A stretch of DNA of 64,000 nucleotides from Octopus sinensis (lineage: Eukaryota). The stretch covers positions 24,564,464 through 24,628,463 of the forward strand of contig NC_043011.1 of NCBI RefSeq assembly GCF_006345805.1, in the 5' to 3' direction. Both the position numbers and the translations under genes were made by a program. The notes beneath the pieces were generated by a model. That model made no database searches. It saw only the letters and a list, made by a program, of their open reading frames with translations, and was not told the origin of the DNA. Of this stretch, positions 12,881 to 25,850 are shown in pieces (positions within the stretch are counted from its first letter, which is position 1; the number at the start of each line of letters is the position of its first letter).

Positions 12881-13439
12881 AGATAACAGATAATTCTGCC
12901 AAATGTCAATGATGTTGTTGAACTCAAAGTTGTTGAATTAAATACATTCTCACAGTGAAAGCATATGTTTATCATCTCATTTATATTTAATGTGGCTGGT
13001 GTGATACAGAGCCATTTCTGTAAAGTCTTTGTTGGTTTGCCCGTAATGATAGACACATGCATGTCCTAGAAAATAGTTATGTATGATTGCTCGATTATTT
13101 GGTTTACTACATTTTTCCATACTTGCATCAGTCAGCTGAATATATTATTAAGGCGTTCTACAGTTGGATGCTCTTCCTGTTGCTAATCCTTACTTGTTTC
13201 CCAAGTATTTTATATATCTGTCATATGTGTGTGATGTATAAAATACATCATATGTGTGTGATGTATTTTATACATCACACACATATGACAGGCTTCTTTC
13301 AGTTTCCATCTATAAAATTTCCTCATAAGGCTTTGGTATAATGCCTATGTATAAAAGATATTTTATACATCTTTTATACATAAAAGATGTATAAAAGATT
13401 TTATACATCTTTTGTACATGTATAAAAGATGTATATTTT

Positions 13440-13760
13440 ATACATCTTTATACATCTTTACATCCCTGTTAAGTTACAGGGATGTAAACAAACAAACACC
13501 AGTTATCAAGCAATTGTTGGGTGACAAGCACACATACACATAGATGCATAGATACATACATACACATATAGATACATAGATACACACACACACACATTTG
13601 TTGGGTCTCTTTCAGTTTCCAAATACCAAAGCCATGTAAGCCATTCACAAGGCTTTGGTCGGCCTGTGGCTATAATAGAAGACACTTGCCTAAGATGCCA
13701 TGCAGTAAGATTGAACCCTGAACCATATGGATGGGAAGAGCAATTAGTACACTATTGTCA
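13440..13760 (-). mobile_element. SINE type C
   Basis: Tail and head modules on the minus strand around an internal CA/TA tract. Confidence 0.8.
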
Positions 13761-14002
13761 TTTTTGACCTGGAAAATTATGTCAGAAGCTTCACTGTCAC
13801 CAGAGGCTGGATCTTTTGGCAGCATATGTGCTACATTTAGAACAATTAATGACACTTAATAACAAAGCCTTTGTTCCCTAAATTACCTATAGACATCATA
13901 TAGACATTAAAGGAGGGTGTGAGGGTGTTCTTCCTGTTTTCTTTACTATGCTGTAATCTAGGGGGCTAATACAATGTCAATTATCTTTAAACTGACACAT
14001 TA

Positions 14003-14048
14003 AACTACTACTACTACTGTTACTACTACTACTACTACTACTACTACT

Positions 14049-14087
<39 letters not shown>

Positions 14088-14088
14088 T
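14003..14088. repeat. (CTA)n microsatellite
   Basis: Direct reading. Confidence 0.95.
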
Positions 14089-14945
14089 AAATATATATAT
14101 ATCTGTGTTGTATATGTATATTTATTACTATATATTACACACATACACACACACATATATAATATATATTAAACATTTCACATATATATTCACACATATA
14201 TATATGTGAATATATACACACACTTATATGCACATACATATATATGTATATTTATGATAGATTCCTTCAGTTTCTATCTTCCAAATCCATTCACAAAGCT
14301 TTGGCTTACCCATGGCTATAGCAGAAGGCACTTACCTGAGGTACCACACAGTGGGACTGAACCAAGACGATATGATTTGAAACAAGCTTCTCAACCACAC
14401 AGTCATACCTCCGTGTTCATGTGTGTGTGCATGAGCATGTGTGTGTGTGTGTTGTGTGTGTGTGTGTGTTTAAGGGAAAAAAGAGGTAGTCAAGTATTAC
14501 AGATATTTGAAAAGCACGTTGAGTGCAACTAACATAGTATTATGAATGCCTTGCAACCATCTGATATAATTTTTTTATCAGGTACATATGTCATTCTCAC
14601 TGTAGAACACAGATCTCCACATCAGCAGATAGTAGTAACATAGAGGAGTAACGTAGAATACTTGAATACTAGTTAATAGGAGATGTGTACATAGATTATG
14701 CAACATATTTTTCTGCTACAAACCCTAATTCCTATTAAACAATTCCTGTTGCTCTCTATTCATTTGTTTTTACTGAAAATTTTGCAAGGAACCTCTAGCT
14801 CCATACTTTATCTATTTAACATTATTTAAGCTAATTATGATTATAGTTCCTGGTTAGACTTTTCACCAAATTTCATTAACTAGTATTCCAAACCCTAGAC
14901 AGGAAGAGAGACATTTACAGACTGTTACACTTGGCCCATTATTAC

Positions 14946-15225
14946 CTTCACTGAACACAGCCCTAGTATTATCAGTGGCAGGCTTGGTAAGATTACCAAA
15001 ATCGTAATTAGTCCTAGGGATGTCATTCTCACTCAGAAGGTTACTGTGTGCAGGAACTGCTCTGCAACCATGCATGAAAAGCAAATTAGACTTGGTATTA
15101 ACATACAGGATGTCAATTACCTCACCCATTTGACAAGGGCATCCTGGATTGTTGTGTATTCTTGGGTATTGTGTGTGACTCATGCTAACCCTGGTGCTAG
15201 ATGGACTGATAAGCCATTTATTACA
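14946..15225 (-). CDS. Candidate exon of an unidentified gene
   Basis: Acceptor ttttgttacacAG, then an open frame CNKWLISPSSTRVSMSHTQYPRIHNNPGCPCQMGE..RAVFSE. Donors GAG|GTAATT (15121) and GAAG|GTAATA (14946). No repeat recognised, no protein family recognised. Confidence 0.3.
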
Positions 15226-15294
15226 CTGTGTAACAAAACTTTAATTTTCTTTCAATTTTTTTTTTTTTGCATCTTTGATGAGTAAGTGTCAGTA

Positions 15295-15697
15295 TAGGTG
15301 CCAGTATAACTGTGTGGTAAGAAGCTTACTTTCCAACCACATGATTCTGGGTTCAGTTCCACTGCACAGCACCTTGGACAACTGCCTTCAACTATAGCCT
15401 CAGGCTGACCAAAGCCTTGTGAGTGGACTTGGTTGATGGAAACTGAAAGAAACCTATCATATATGTGTGTTTGTGTGTGTGTCTTCGTGTCTGCATTTGT
15501 CCCCCACCACCACTTGACAACTGATGCTGGTATGTTTACATCCCCGTAACTTAGTGGTTTGGCAAAAGAGACCAACAGAATAAGTACCAGGCTTAAAATA
15601 ATAAGTATTAGGGTCAATTCACTCGACTAAAACTCTGCAAGGCAGTGCCCCAACATAGCTACAGTCTAACGACTGATACAAGTAAAAGATAAAAGAC
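15295..15697 (+). mobile_element. SINE type C, uninterrupted copy
   Basis: Head, short TG tract and 3' half are contiguous. Confidence 0.9.
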
Positions 15698-16226
15698 ACA
15701 AGTGTTATTTCCTTTTTGTTTTTATTCACAAATGAAAAATCCACAAATTACTATTATTCCCCTCAAGCTTTGCTTTTGTGACCTGGACATTAATGTTTTG
15801 AAACTGACCTATTTTCCATTACATTTCAGGGTTCATTTCAGCAAATATTCTGTTCAATACCACAGATTTGCTTGTCAGTTGCTTGATCTTAATCACTTGA
15901 GCATGTCTCTTAGTGGCTGACAATATGTGCATCTCTGATTATAAGCAGGAGTAATAGTGGGGAGCATTATAGCCATGTGTTGAGAGGGATTCTTTGGGGT
16001 TTGAATAGATAATGGAACAAAAGCAAAGTTTGAAGAAAATATTAGTCATTTCTCATACTTTTTATGGGTAAGCAAATAGCAAATATCAGTTACTACCCAA
16101 GGACAAAAATCATATTACACAGTGTAATAGAGCTAGGAGAGAGAGAGAGAGAGAGAGAGAATGAGAAGACAGCATGTCTTTAAGCCAGTGACTGGAGTAT
16201 GCTTGAGAGTGTCTTCATGCCAGTTA

Positions 16227-18317
16227 CACTGGTTTACAAAGAAATTGAGGCAAACATAAAAATAGTTGTTCTAGCCTAATTTTGGGATGCTGATTTCAGA
16301 TACAAAACCAGTTTTCACTCATCACCTCTAGTTTTTGAGATATACATTATTATGATTTTGCGACAATTCACATAACCATATATATGATCAATTTTTATTT
16401 TGTTTTCCAGGTTTTGTGATAGATATGATACATATCTCTAGAATGGCTTCAGGCACTTCAAAATACTTTATGATGCATCAACAAGGCAAATTCATTCTGC
16501 TACGTATGTGAGGATTTCCCAACAGTTGCACAGCGCCAAACAATTACTTCTCTCCTGAGAATTGCTTATTTTCATTATTTTGTCTGTAAAATTGGAGATC
16601 AGGACAAATCCTGGACCCCACACATCTGTTGTAAACCCTGCTACAATGGACTATCTACATGGTTTAACAGCAAGAAAGCAGCCTTGAACTTTGCTGTCCC
16701 GATGGTCTGGAGTGAGCCACGAAGCCATGCAGATGATTGTTATTTTGTCTTCTAGAAAAAAGATTCAAATATCTCAACCTTCCATCAACTATGAGACCTA
16801 TTCCCCACTCAGATGATCTCCCTGTCCCTATACCCCCAGCAAATAAGGATTTTCTTCCTTTGTCAGATGAAGAAATACCTTCAGGGGAAGATTCTTCCAA
16901 GTTGATCTCTTCTGAAGACAATGTCTCTGTTCATTCAGGAGCAACTGGAAGCTTAAGCAGTGGAACCTGGTTACGGCTGATGTAAGGATCACCAGTTTCA
17001 AGACACGGAACCAGGACTTTGCTTCATTCTTCAATGGAAAACAGGTTGTGCTACTGCACAAATGACTCTGGCTTGTTCACTTTCCTTGGTTTCCCACACA
17101 ATCCCTCAGACTGGCATCTTTTCATAGACTCTTTCAAGTGAAGTCTGAAGGCTGTACTCCAGCACAATGGAAATAAATACCCCAGAATCCCCATTGCCTA
17201 CTCTGTCCATCTGAAGGAGTCGTGTGACAACACGGAGCTCCTTTTGGAAGCTGTCAAGTACAACTAGTACCAGTGGAGTCTCTGCAGGGACCGCAAGGTC
17301 ATTGAGCTTCTTATGGGTATGCAAGCGGGCGTCACAAAATACTGTTACTTTCTCTGTCTCTGGGACAGTTGGGCTGTGTCCAAGCACTACAAGCAGAAGG
17401 ACTGAGGATCTAGGAGCACTTCCATGCCTGGTGAACACAGTGTCCAAGAAAATCCTCAGGTGGATATGAACAAGGTGCTTCTTCCTCCTCTTCATATCAA
17501 TTTGTTTTAGTGAAGAATTTTGTGAAGGCCATGGACAAAAATGATGCTGTCTTCCAACACTCATGCATGCTGTTTCCAGCTCTGAGTTCTGCTAAGCTCA
17601 AGGAGGGCATCTTTGTTGGACCTCAGATCCAAGAGGTGCTGAATGATAAAGACTTTAAGGAGCTTCTTACCTTAAAGGAACTGAGAGCATGGGAAGCATT
17701 TAAGTCAGTCTGCCATGACTTCCTTGGTAACACACGGGTACTAGATTACCAAGAGTGTATCAAGAAGTTGTGACAGTCTTATGAGGATATGGGATGCCGA
17801 ATGTCACTCAAAATTCACTTTCTCCTCTCAACTTCTCTCTGAAGCTCAGAGCAGTGAGTGATGAGCATGGAGAAAAGTTCCACCAAGATATTACTAAGAT
17901 GAAGAGCAACTACCAAGGCAAGTGGAACCCCAGCATGATGGGGGCTTTTTGCTGGATGTTCTTGCACATCCCAGTGGCAAAGTACACAAGAGCATCGAAA
18001 AAACTCACTTCTAACTATCTGCTGTACTATGATTTGTGTGTATTGTATTATCCAAGTAATTTAGTTCCATTAATGTTGTGTATCTATGCTGGGTTTTTTT
18101 TTCCATAATATGCCTTTGTAACAGATGAAATAAACACATTATATTTTGAATTTATATGCAGTATAATTAAAATGGGATATGTGAAAGCAAAAAAGCTAGA
18201 GGTGATAGAGCAAAACTGTTCAGAAAATTGAATTCACCACATCAAAATTAGTAAAAAACACTTATTCACATCCTTGCCTCAGAGCAAAAAAAAAAAAAAA
18301 ACTTTTGTAAACCAGTG
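16227..18317 (+). mobile_element. Full-length decayed Chapaev3-type (CMC superfamily) DNA transposon
   Basis: Termini cactggtttacaaa / tttgtaaaccagtg, 3-bp TSD TTA at 16224-16226 and 18318-18320, subterminal inverted similarity. Frameshifted transposase from ATG 16443: YFVCKIGDQDKSWTPHICCKPC, PMVWSEPRSHADDCYF, KLKEGIFVGPQI, MSLKIHFL, AVSDEHGEKFHQDI, YQGKW. Family name from recalled motifs. Confidence 0.85.
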
Positions 18318-18974
18318 TTATCAGTTGTCTCTTTTCTGTATGCAGTCTAGGATGTGTGTGTGTGTGTGCAGCAACATCATAGTCCCAGATGCAAGAGCAA
18401 TTAATCCAATGTACAACATTAGCTATATTTTTTATTCATTCTGTAAGCTTGGCTTCCTGATGCACTTGTTATAGCAGACCAATTTCGACTAAACCGTTGT
18501 ATTACACCAGACAGCAACTAGACATACATAATGTTATGTTAGATACACCTTTTGTGCTTTTGAAACACCCGCAGCACTTGACTACCTTTTCCATTCCTTT
18601 TATTTACAGATTTTATGATTGCATCATAAGCAATGCTCATTGCTTTTGAAATGGAGTTGTATAGCACTTGTCCTCTTATCAGAATTTTCTGTCTAATTTT
18701 GATATGGGACAAACTGTATTGATGCATTGATTAATAAATTTTATTGATCAATTATTGAGTTATCTGCATTTTCTATACATGCTAGAGACTAACCAACTGC
18801 ATTTTACCACACTCATTCAACTGATCCTACATTTATATATATATATGTGTGTGTGTATATATAGATACATATATATACACAGGTAAGGAAATAATTTTAT
18901 TCTCAAACACAGGATAATGCTAATAATATAGCATGGACAGGTTAAACTATCCATATTTTGCGGAGAAATCTGGC

Positions 18975-19050
18975 GGCGCCCAGCCATGAGACTCGAACTC
19001 ATATCCCAGTGATTACGCATCTAGTGCTTTACCATTAAGCTAAAGTGACC
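18975..19050 (-). pseudogene. tRNA-like sequence (SINE head or pseudo-tRNA), copy 1
   Basis: tagcttaatggtaaagc D-arm and atgag-ttcgagt-ctcat T-arm. Anticodon and acceptor stems poorly paired. Confidence 0.6.
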
Positions 19051-19257
19051 CAATGACAAATTCTTCTGCAAATTTAGGATATATAAATCTAGCCTTATAA
19101 GACGCTATTACATGTTAAGTTCAGCTTACGTTGAAAGTCAATAAACAAAGTTTGCTTTAGAACCATTGAGATACATTGAAAGATACAGATACAGAAATAA
19201 TTTTATTCTCAAATGCAGGATAATGCTAATAATATAGAATAGCAGAAAAATTTGTCA

Positions 19258-19333
19258 GTGGCCAGCCATGAGACTCAAACTCACATCCCTGTGATTATGC
19301 GTCCACTGCTTTACCATTAAGCTAAACTGATCC
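19258..19333 (-). pseudogene. tRNA-like sequence, copy 2
   Basis: Same D-arm; gtgag-tttgagt-ctcat T-arm. Confidence 0.6.
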
Positions 19334-20060
19334 AACAACATAGTTCTCTGTGAAATATGGTTAGTTTATCCTGTCCATGCTATATTATTATATATATACA
19401 CACACACTTTACTCCACACAAGGACACATATGGAGACACAGATCCACACATATAGAGATGCACATCCATCCATACATAGTTGCATAACACACACACACAC
19501 ACACAGACATGCACACACAAGGAGACAAAGGTGCATACATATACAAACACACGCTCACACACACACATACATAGAAAATACACAAACACAGATATGCAAG
19601 CACTTGAATATACAGGACACATACATACAGATGCACACACACATATATACATACATACACATGCATACATACATACACACATATATACATACATACATGC
19701 ATACATAGGCACACACACACACACACACTGACCCACACACATGCACACAAATAAACAATAAGGAACGCAGTGTAAATAACGGACAGATTCAAAACTATTG
19801 AAAAGGTTGCAAGACGCAACGAAAATTTTAGGAAAATAAAAATAAGAAATAAGTGAAAATTTTACCGGTGAGTGTGTTACATTATAAGGCACAAAAAGAA
19901 AATGACTTTCCCTAGACACAACAGTATATATACATATAATATATATTATATATATATAATTAATCAATATAGGGTGGCAGAAAAAAATTTTGTAGAATTC
20001 TTTGCCACAGCGGCCTAGTAGGAAAAAATTAAATAGTCATAGACCATTTTTAAGTTCAAC

Positions 20061-20290
20061 ATCAACAATCAAGGAACGGCCATGATAGGCCATTCACCCA
20101 CTAGAAATAACAGCCAAAGCTTCAACCGCAAATAAAGATTAATTCCGTAAACAGGAGAAAATTAAAAATTTACAGGGTAAATGTTTTTTAAATTTTCTCC
20201 TGTTTACGGAATTAATCTTATTTGCGGTTGAAGCTTTGGCTGTATTTCTAGTGGTGAATGGCCTATCATGGCCGTTCCTTGATGGTTGAT
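20061..20290. repeat. Near-perfect ~107-bp-arm fold-back palindrome
   Basis: Arms differ by one substitution and a few 1-bp indels. A single diverged arm homologue lies at about 52222-52330. Confidence 0.92.
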
Positions 20291-20299
20291 ATATATATA

Positions 20300-20550
20300 T
20301 AATAATTGAGTCATCTCATAAATAATGAAGTTCTTTATACTTCTTTTATTTTTCAAAAAGATATACAAAGTTTTTTTTAATCTAAAATATACTCTCCTTC
20401 ATTTTCTGCAATTCTCTTCCACCTATCAGGTAGGCTTGAAAGGTTCTCCTTCCAAAATTTACTTGCCTGTGATGAAAAATACTCCTCTGATACTCTTCTG
20501 ACCTCGTCTACTGAATTGATATTTTTTCCATCCAAATGATTTTGAAAACT
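20300..20550 (-). mobile_element. Mariner 3' fragment
   Basis: FQNHLDGKNINSVDEVRRVSEEYFSSQASKFWKENLSSLPDRWKRIAENEGEYILD*, then a TIR-like end. Confidence 0.85.
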
Positions 20551-20560
20551 ACTGAGAGAA

Positions 20561-20591
<31 letters not shown>

Positions 20592-20776
20592 TAGAGAGAG
20601 AGAGATAGAGAGAGAGAGAGAAAGAGAGAGAGAGGGGGAGAGAGAGATTGCTTCTGTTTGGAAACCACTATTTGCATGCAATGAAGAATAACAGTAAAAA
20701 GTGTTCCTATAGAGAAAGAGCCACTCTACCAGCATGCACAATTTGAATCAAACACACACACATGCATGCACACACA

Positions 20777-20830
<54 letters not shown>

Positions 20831-21477
20831 AGAGTTGTACCGAAACTAATGCAAAAGTTAGCTTATCCTTTTATTAACTGACATAGTTCATTCAAATTGC
20901 ATATGTTGATAGAATAACTCTTCTATAATAACCCAAGGCAAATAATAGGTTCCAGGCAGAAGTAACATTGTCTTGATGATAGAGGGATACTGACTGACTA
21001 TCCATCAGCAATGGAAGGCTACAGGTTTTTTACGGGGAGATGATACCATTGACAAGATGGAATGTGCATGGATAAAAGCACAAGTTTAAGGAAGAGGAAA
21101 CAAGCATTGAATTCAAACTATGCCTTAGAAGACCATCAACTGCAACCACTGACATGAATCACCAGCAAATGGATGAATTGAATCATGTAAAACAGATGAG
21201 TTGTCATCCATGATCTCGTCACAACTGGACTGTGGTTATAATGTATTACAGTAGATGGAGAATGAATTTGGGTATCATAAAGTGTATGTAAAGTGGGTAG
21301 TTTGAGAGTGGACACTTGGTTTGAAGTAGAGAAAGGTGGAAGTCTACTCTGATCTGCTAGAAACGTTGGAAGTTTTATTGTTTTTCTGATCTGGTATTTG
21401 AAGATATATTTTATCTGTTCTGATGACAGGGTATGAAGCATGGATATATATTATTCAGTCTTTTAAATCAATAATGC

Positions 21478-21822
21478 TGCCAGCGCTGCCCCGACTGGCT
21501 CCAGTGCCGGTGGCACATAAAAAGCACCATCCGAACATGGCCGTTGCCAGCGCCGCCTTGGCTGGCTTCCGTGCCGGTGGCACTTTAAAAGCTCCAACCA
21601 ATCGTGGCTGATGCCGGCACCCCCTGGCACTTGTGCAGGTGGCACGTAAAAAGCACGCACTACACTCGCAGAGTGGTTGGCGTTAGGAAGGGCATCCAGC
21701 TGTAGAAACTCTGCCAGATTAGACTGGAGCCTGGTGCAGCCCCTGGCTTCCCAGACCCCGGTCGAACCGTCCAACCTGTGCTAGCACGGAAAATGGACGT
21801 TAAACGATGATGATGATGATGA
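21478..21822 (+). mobile_element. RTE LINE 3' end with minisatellite units and (GAT)n tail
   Basis: Repeats of gtgccggtggcac..aaaagcacc, then gagtggttggcgttaggaagggcatccagctgtagaaac..ggacgttaaacgatgatg. Confidence 0.85.
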
Positions 21823-21865
21823 TATATATATATATATATCTTTATTGTTCAAAGAGAAAGGCTCA

Positions 21866-22320
21866 GTTTGTCTATGAAGTGATATCATATCTCTTCTCCA
21901 AGGCCAAAGAATTTCAAAAGTCAGCAATCAACACAGAAAGTTATAGTGACTGTTTTGGAGAGGACAAGGGCATCATTCTCCTTGATTTTCTAAGATATGG
22001 TTGTACAGTAGACAGCAAGCATTACATTGAGACATTCAGAGAAGCCATTGGGAGGAAAAGACTGAACAAGAAGCTGAAAATGATCCACATTCACCATGAC
22101 AATATGCAATCACAAACATCTCTGGCAACAAATCAGATAATCAGCAAATTGGGCTGATCAGTTATTCATCATCCTTTGTGCAGCTTGGATCTGGCATCTT
22201 TCCAACTTCCACCTGTTTGGTTCAGTGAAGGACAGTATTCACAGATAATGATTTGATGATGCAAGTAAGATGAAACAAGATGCATACATGTGGCTGTGGA
22301 GAAGAGGGTACAAATATGCA
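21866..22320 (+). mobile_element. Mariner catalytic-domain fragment
   Basis: KGIILLDFL..TVDSKHYIETFREAIGRKR..IHIHHDN..HHPLCSLDLAS. Confidence 0.85.
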
Positions 22321-23089
22321 CACCTGAATTTTTTCAAAGAGGATTCAAGAATTGGGTTGATTAATGATGCAAGTGTACTGCTTGTAATGAAGATACTTGC
22401 ATTGCTCGTGATGCCAGCAGTGAAACCAAAAGTAAGTGAGGAGAGCAAGGATGTGGACACTTTTTCAGTTGGCTAAGGAGGGAGTTTGAAGGAGAGAGTG
22501 AGATTGATTATGTCAAAAGGGACTGGACTGCTGGATGGAAGAGGGAATAAAACAAAACCATGATGTAGGTGGCAAGATTATTTAGAAAAGCAGAGGTTGA
22601 GGGTTGGTGACAGGATGAGATAAAGATTAGAAAGTGATTAGCAACAGTAGAGGTGGGCAAAAGCAAGAGTGAAGTAATGTGTTAAGATAAAAATTAAATG
22701 ATGGGTAGTAACAGAAGTGGCCATAGCGAAAAGAGTAGAGAGCAATGGCTGGTGGCAGAGGGGACAAAAATGGTAAGCGAGATGCACAAGTAAGAAGAAA
22801 TTATAAAGTTATATTGATGGCCCAATGCAATCTTTTATACATTGGTCTGGTGAAAGGATGAGAGTAGACCAATGCAGTCTCTGATACATAGGCCTAGTGA
22901 AGAGTAAGGGAGTCAGAGAAGGGATGGGATCAATGCAATTTCTTACAAATGGAGCTAGTGGAAGAATAAAGTGAGCTGATGGGAGACCAAGCAACTTGGT
23001 GAGGCGAGGGAGTTAAAAGATTGCAAAGGTGTAAGGTAAGTGGGGTTGCAAAATGTATACTGATTGCTTAGCTGTGTACAAAGGATATC

Positions 23090-23425
23090 AACCTCGAAAC
23101 ACTACTCTTGTGTCAGGGGTCAGTTTGCCATAAACGGTCCTCTGCTGCACAGCATATCATCAATCAGTATAGTTATTTCACATCTCCTCCAAGAGAATCC
23201 ACATCATCAGATCAGCCTTCACCACTCCATCCTAAGCCATTCTTGGTCTCCCTCTGCTACAGGTTCCTATAACATGCAGTTCTCAGCACTTCTTTATGCA
23301 TCAGTTATCCTTCATATGCATTGCATACCAGCACAGCCTTCTCTTGCGAACAATACACCTCATTCTTCTCATACACAGCTTTTCTCACAGTTCATTTGTT
23401 CTTTAGGGTTCATGCACACTAATGT
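23090..23425 (-). mobile_element. Decayed RTE LINE ORF C-terminus
   Basis: Minus strand gives RKRRLCWY and GTCSRGRPR motifs, homologous to 56300-56590. Confidence 0.7.
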
Positions 23426-24075
23426 TACACATCCACAGAGAATATGCACACACACACACACACACACATATATTTATGGCGGTACACAAATATGTGTATG
23501 GGTGGATGTGTGTGTGTATGCATGTATGTATGTATACATGCATGCTTGTGTATATATGTATGTATGTGTGTGTATGCATGTGTGTGTGTGTGTCTGTGTG
23601 TGTGTGTGTGTGTGTGTGTATTGAAGTTTATATGCATAAACACTAAAGTGCTTGTTCCACATTAATAGTGAAGTGTGCAGAGTCCATAGGGATTTTCAAT
23701 TCCTAACTCTGCTTCATATTAGAAACATAACAGCATTTCTATCTATAGCACATAGTTTTTTAGTCTGTAGCCTGCACTGCCTTTATGCTGCATAAGAATA
23801 TGCTGGCTGGTAACAAATCTGTTAAGTACAGAAACACTTATAATGCATACAGGCTCAAAAAGAAAAAGATAAATAGATACAGCAACAAAAATCTCATTAT
23901 GCCCTCACTCAAATACGAAATGACAAAAAAAAAAAAAAAAGAATTTTTAAATACTACATAAAGATGTACATTATCAATGATATTTGCAAAAGGACAAAAT
24001 GCTGAATTTGTTACATATTCTATAATGTGCTTGTGTGTGTGTCTCTCACTGTTGTGGTAAGCCAACAGAATCTAT

Positions 24076-24385
24076 GTCACCACCACCACCACCACCACCA
24101 CCACCACCACCATCACCATCACCACAATCACCACCACTGCCACCACTGTCACCGTCACCACCACCACCACCATCATCACCACCACCACCATCACCACCAC
24201 CGCCATCACTACCACCACTATCATCATCATATCATTGTCGTTGTCATCACCATCATCATCACTGTCATCATCATCATCACCATCACAATTGTCACCATCA
24301 TCAGCATCAGCATCATCATCATCATCATCATCGTCGTCGTCATCATCGTCATCATCATTGTCATCATCATTATCATCTTCAACAG
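24076..24385. repeat. Compound (CAC)n/(CAT)n microsatellite
   Basis: Direct reading. Source of the poly-His/Pro/Ser pseudo-ORFs. Confidence 0.95.
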
Positions 24386-24689
24386 CAGCAGTATTTTACA
24401 TCTGCTTTCACCTTTTTATTTAACACTCCCTCATTCTCCATGCAGTGATGAGTTGGACGATTTTCTTGAGGGATTGTTTTACAGCTGGATGCCTTTCATG
24501 TCACCAGCCCTTTTACTTGTTCTTACAATGGTGGGGTGTAACTATTCTAAATTTAGGATACACACACTGGGTGTTGTAGTCCTTGATATGAATAGCACAT
24601 GTCAGCCATTTCCAACAATCAGTAACATCCATTTCCTCCACTCAGTATTCCTGGGGTGGAGTCCTCAGGCACCTCCTCCATAGGATCCT

Positions 24690-24900
24690 CCATAAGATCC
24701 TCCATAGGATCCAACTGTCATTACACTTTCCTGCTGACCCAGCATGATGAACTGAGATTATGGATATTATTCAACCATCTTATTCCTGGTCTGCTCCTAG
24801 GTCTTCTACCAGTTGGTTCAGCTTGAAGATTCCATCTCACAATTCTTTCCTGCAACATTCTGAGCACGTGTCCATAGTACCTGATAATCAAGCCCTGTGT
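24690..24900 (-). mobile_element. RTE-type LINE C-terminal fragment (second family)
   Basis: Homologous to 28760-28980: agcatgatgaactgagattatggatattatt matches agcatgaccaactgagattatggatattatc. Confidence 0.7.
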
Positions 24901-25017
24901 CTGTTGTGTAATTGACAGCTAATAAAACATGCCCATCTTCACTTTCATATGTCTCTCATAACAAAAAAACATATGTCTGCATATACTGCGAAGGGGTGTG
25001 ACATGTTTTAACACTGC

Positions 25018-25100
25018 CATTTTGGCCCTACCTATTTGGCCCTGCCTATTTAGCCCTGCCTATTTAGCCCTGCCTATTTAGCCCTGCCTACTTGGCACTG
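25018..25100. repeat. 14-bp tandem repeat (cctatttagccctg), about 6 units
   Basis: Direct reading. Confidence 0.9.
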
Positions 25101-25319
25101 CTGGTTCAACACTGACTTATTTCACATCATACATTTTAACCCTGGGATCTTTTGGCATTGCGAAAATTTTGTTCTTATTCTAGTTGACTACTAACTTGTA
25201 ATCACAACTATTAAACTATTTGACTACTAAACTTCATTTAACTTTCTGCTTCACTTGATACATATGATGGCTTGTGAAAATGTTTACAGTGATCAATTTC
25301 AATTAATAACTTATAATGT

Positions 25320-25617
25320 CTGTCTGTCTATCGATCTGTCAATTCATCTGTTTATCCATCCATTCATCTGTCTGTCCATTCATCCATCCATCTGTCCATC
25401 CAGTCATCCATCCATCCAACCAATCATTCATTTGTCCATCCATCCATTCATCTGTCTGTCGGTATATTTGTCTGTTCATTCATCTGTTTGACCGTTCAGC
25501 TGTCCATTCGTTTGTCAGACCATCCATCCATTCGTCCATCTGTTCATCCATCCATCCATCCAACTACATATCCATCCATCCTTCTGTCCTGTTTGTTCAT
25601 TCATCTGTCCATCAACC

Positions 25618-25654
<37 letters not shown>

Positions 25655-25655
25655 G

Positions 25656-25706
<51 letters not shown>

Positions 25707-25707
25707 G

Positions 25708-25739
<32 letters not shown>

Positions 25740-25750
25740 CTATCTATCTA

Positions 25751-25813
<63 letters not shown>

Positions 25814-25850
25814 CCTACCTATCTATCTACCTATCTATCTATCTATCTAT
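25320..25850. repeat. Compound (TCCA)n/(TCTG)n/(TCTA)n microsatellite
   Basis: Direct reading. Confidence 0.95.

Larger units (their letters stand above)
18921..19390. mobile_element. 47-bp inverted-repeat-bounded composite with two tRNA-like modules
   Basis: IR 18921-18967 / 19344-19390. Inner IR at about 19051-19069 / 19243-19262. Confidence 0.65.

Noticed and set aside
24027-24683. 218-aa poly-His ORF and overlapping poly-Pro/Ser ORFs
   Set aside because: Translations of a (CAC)n/(CAT)n microsatellite.
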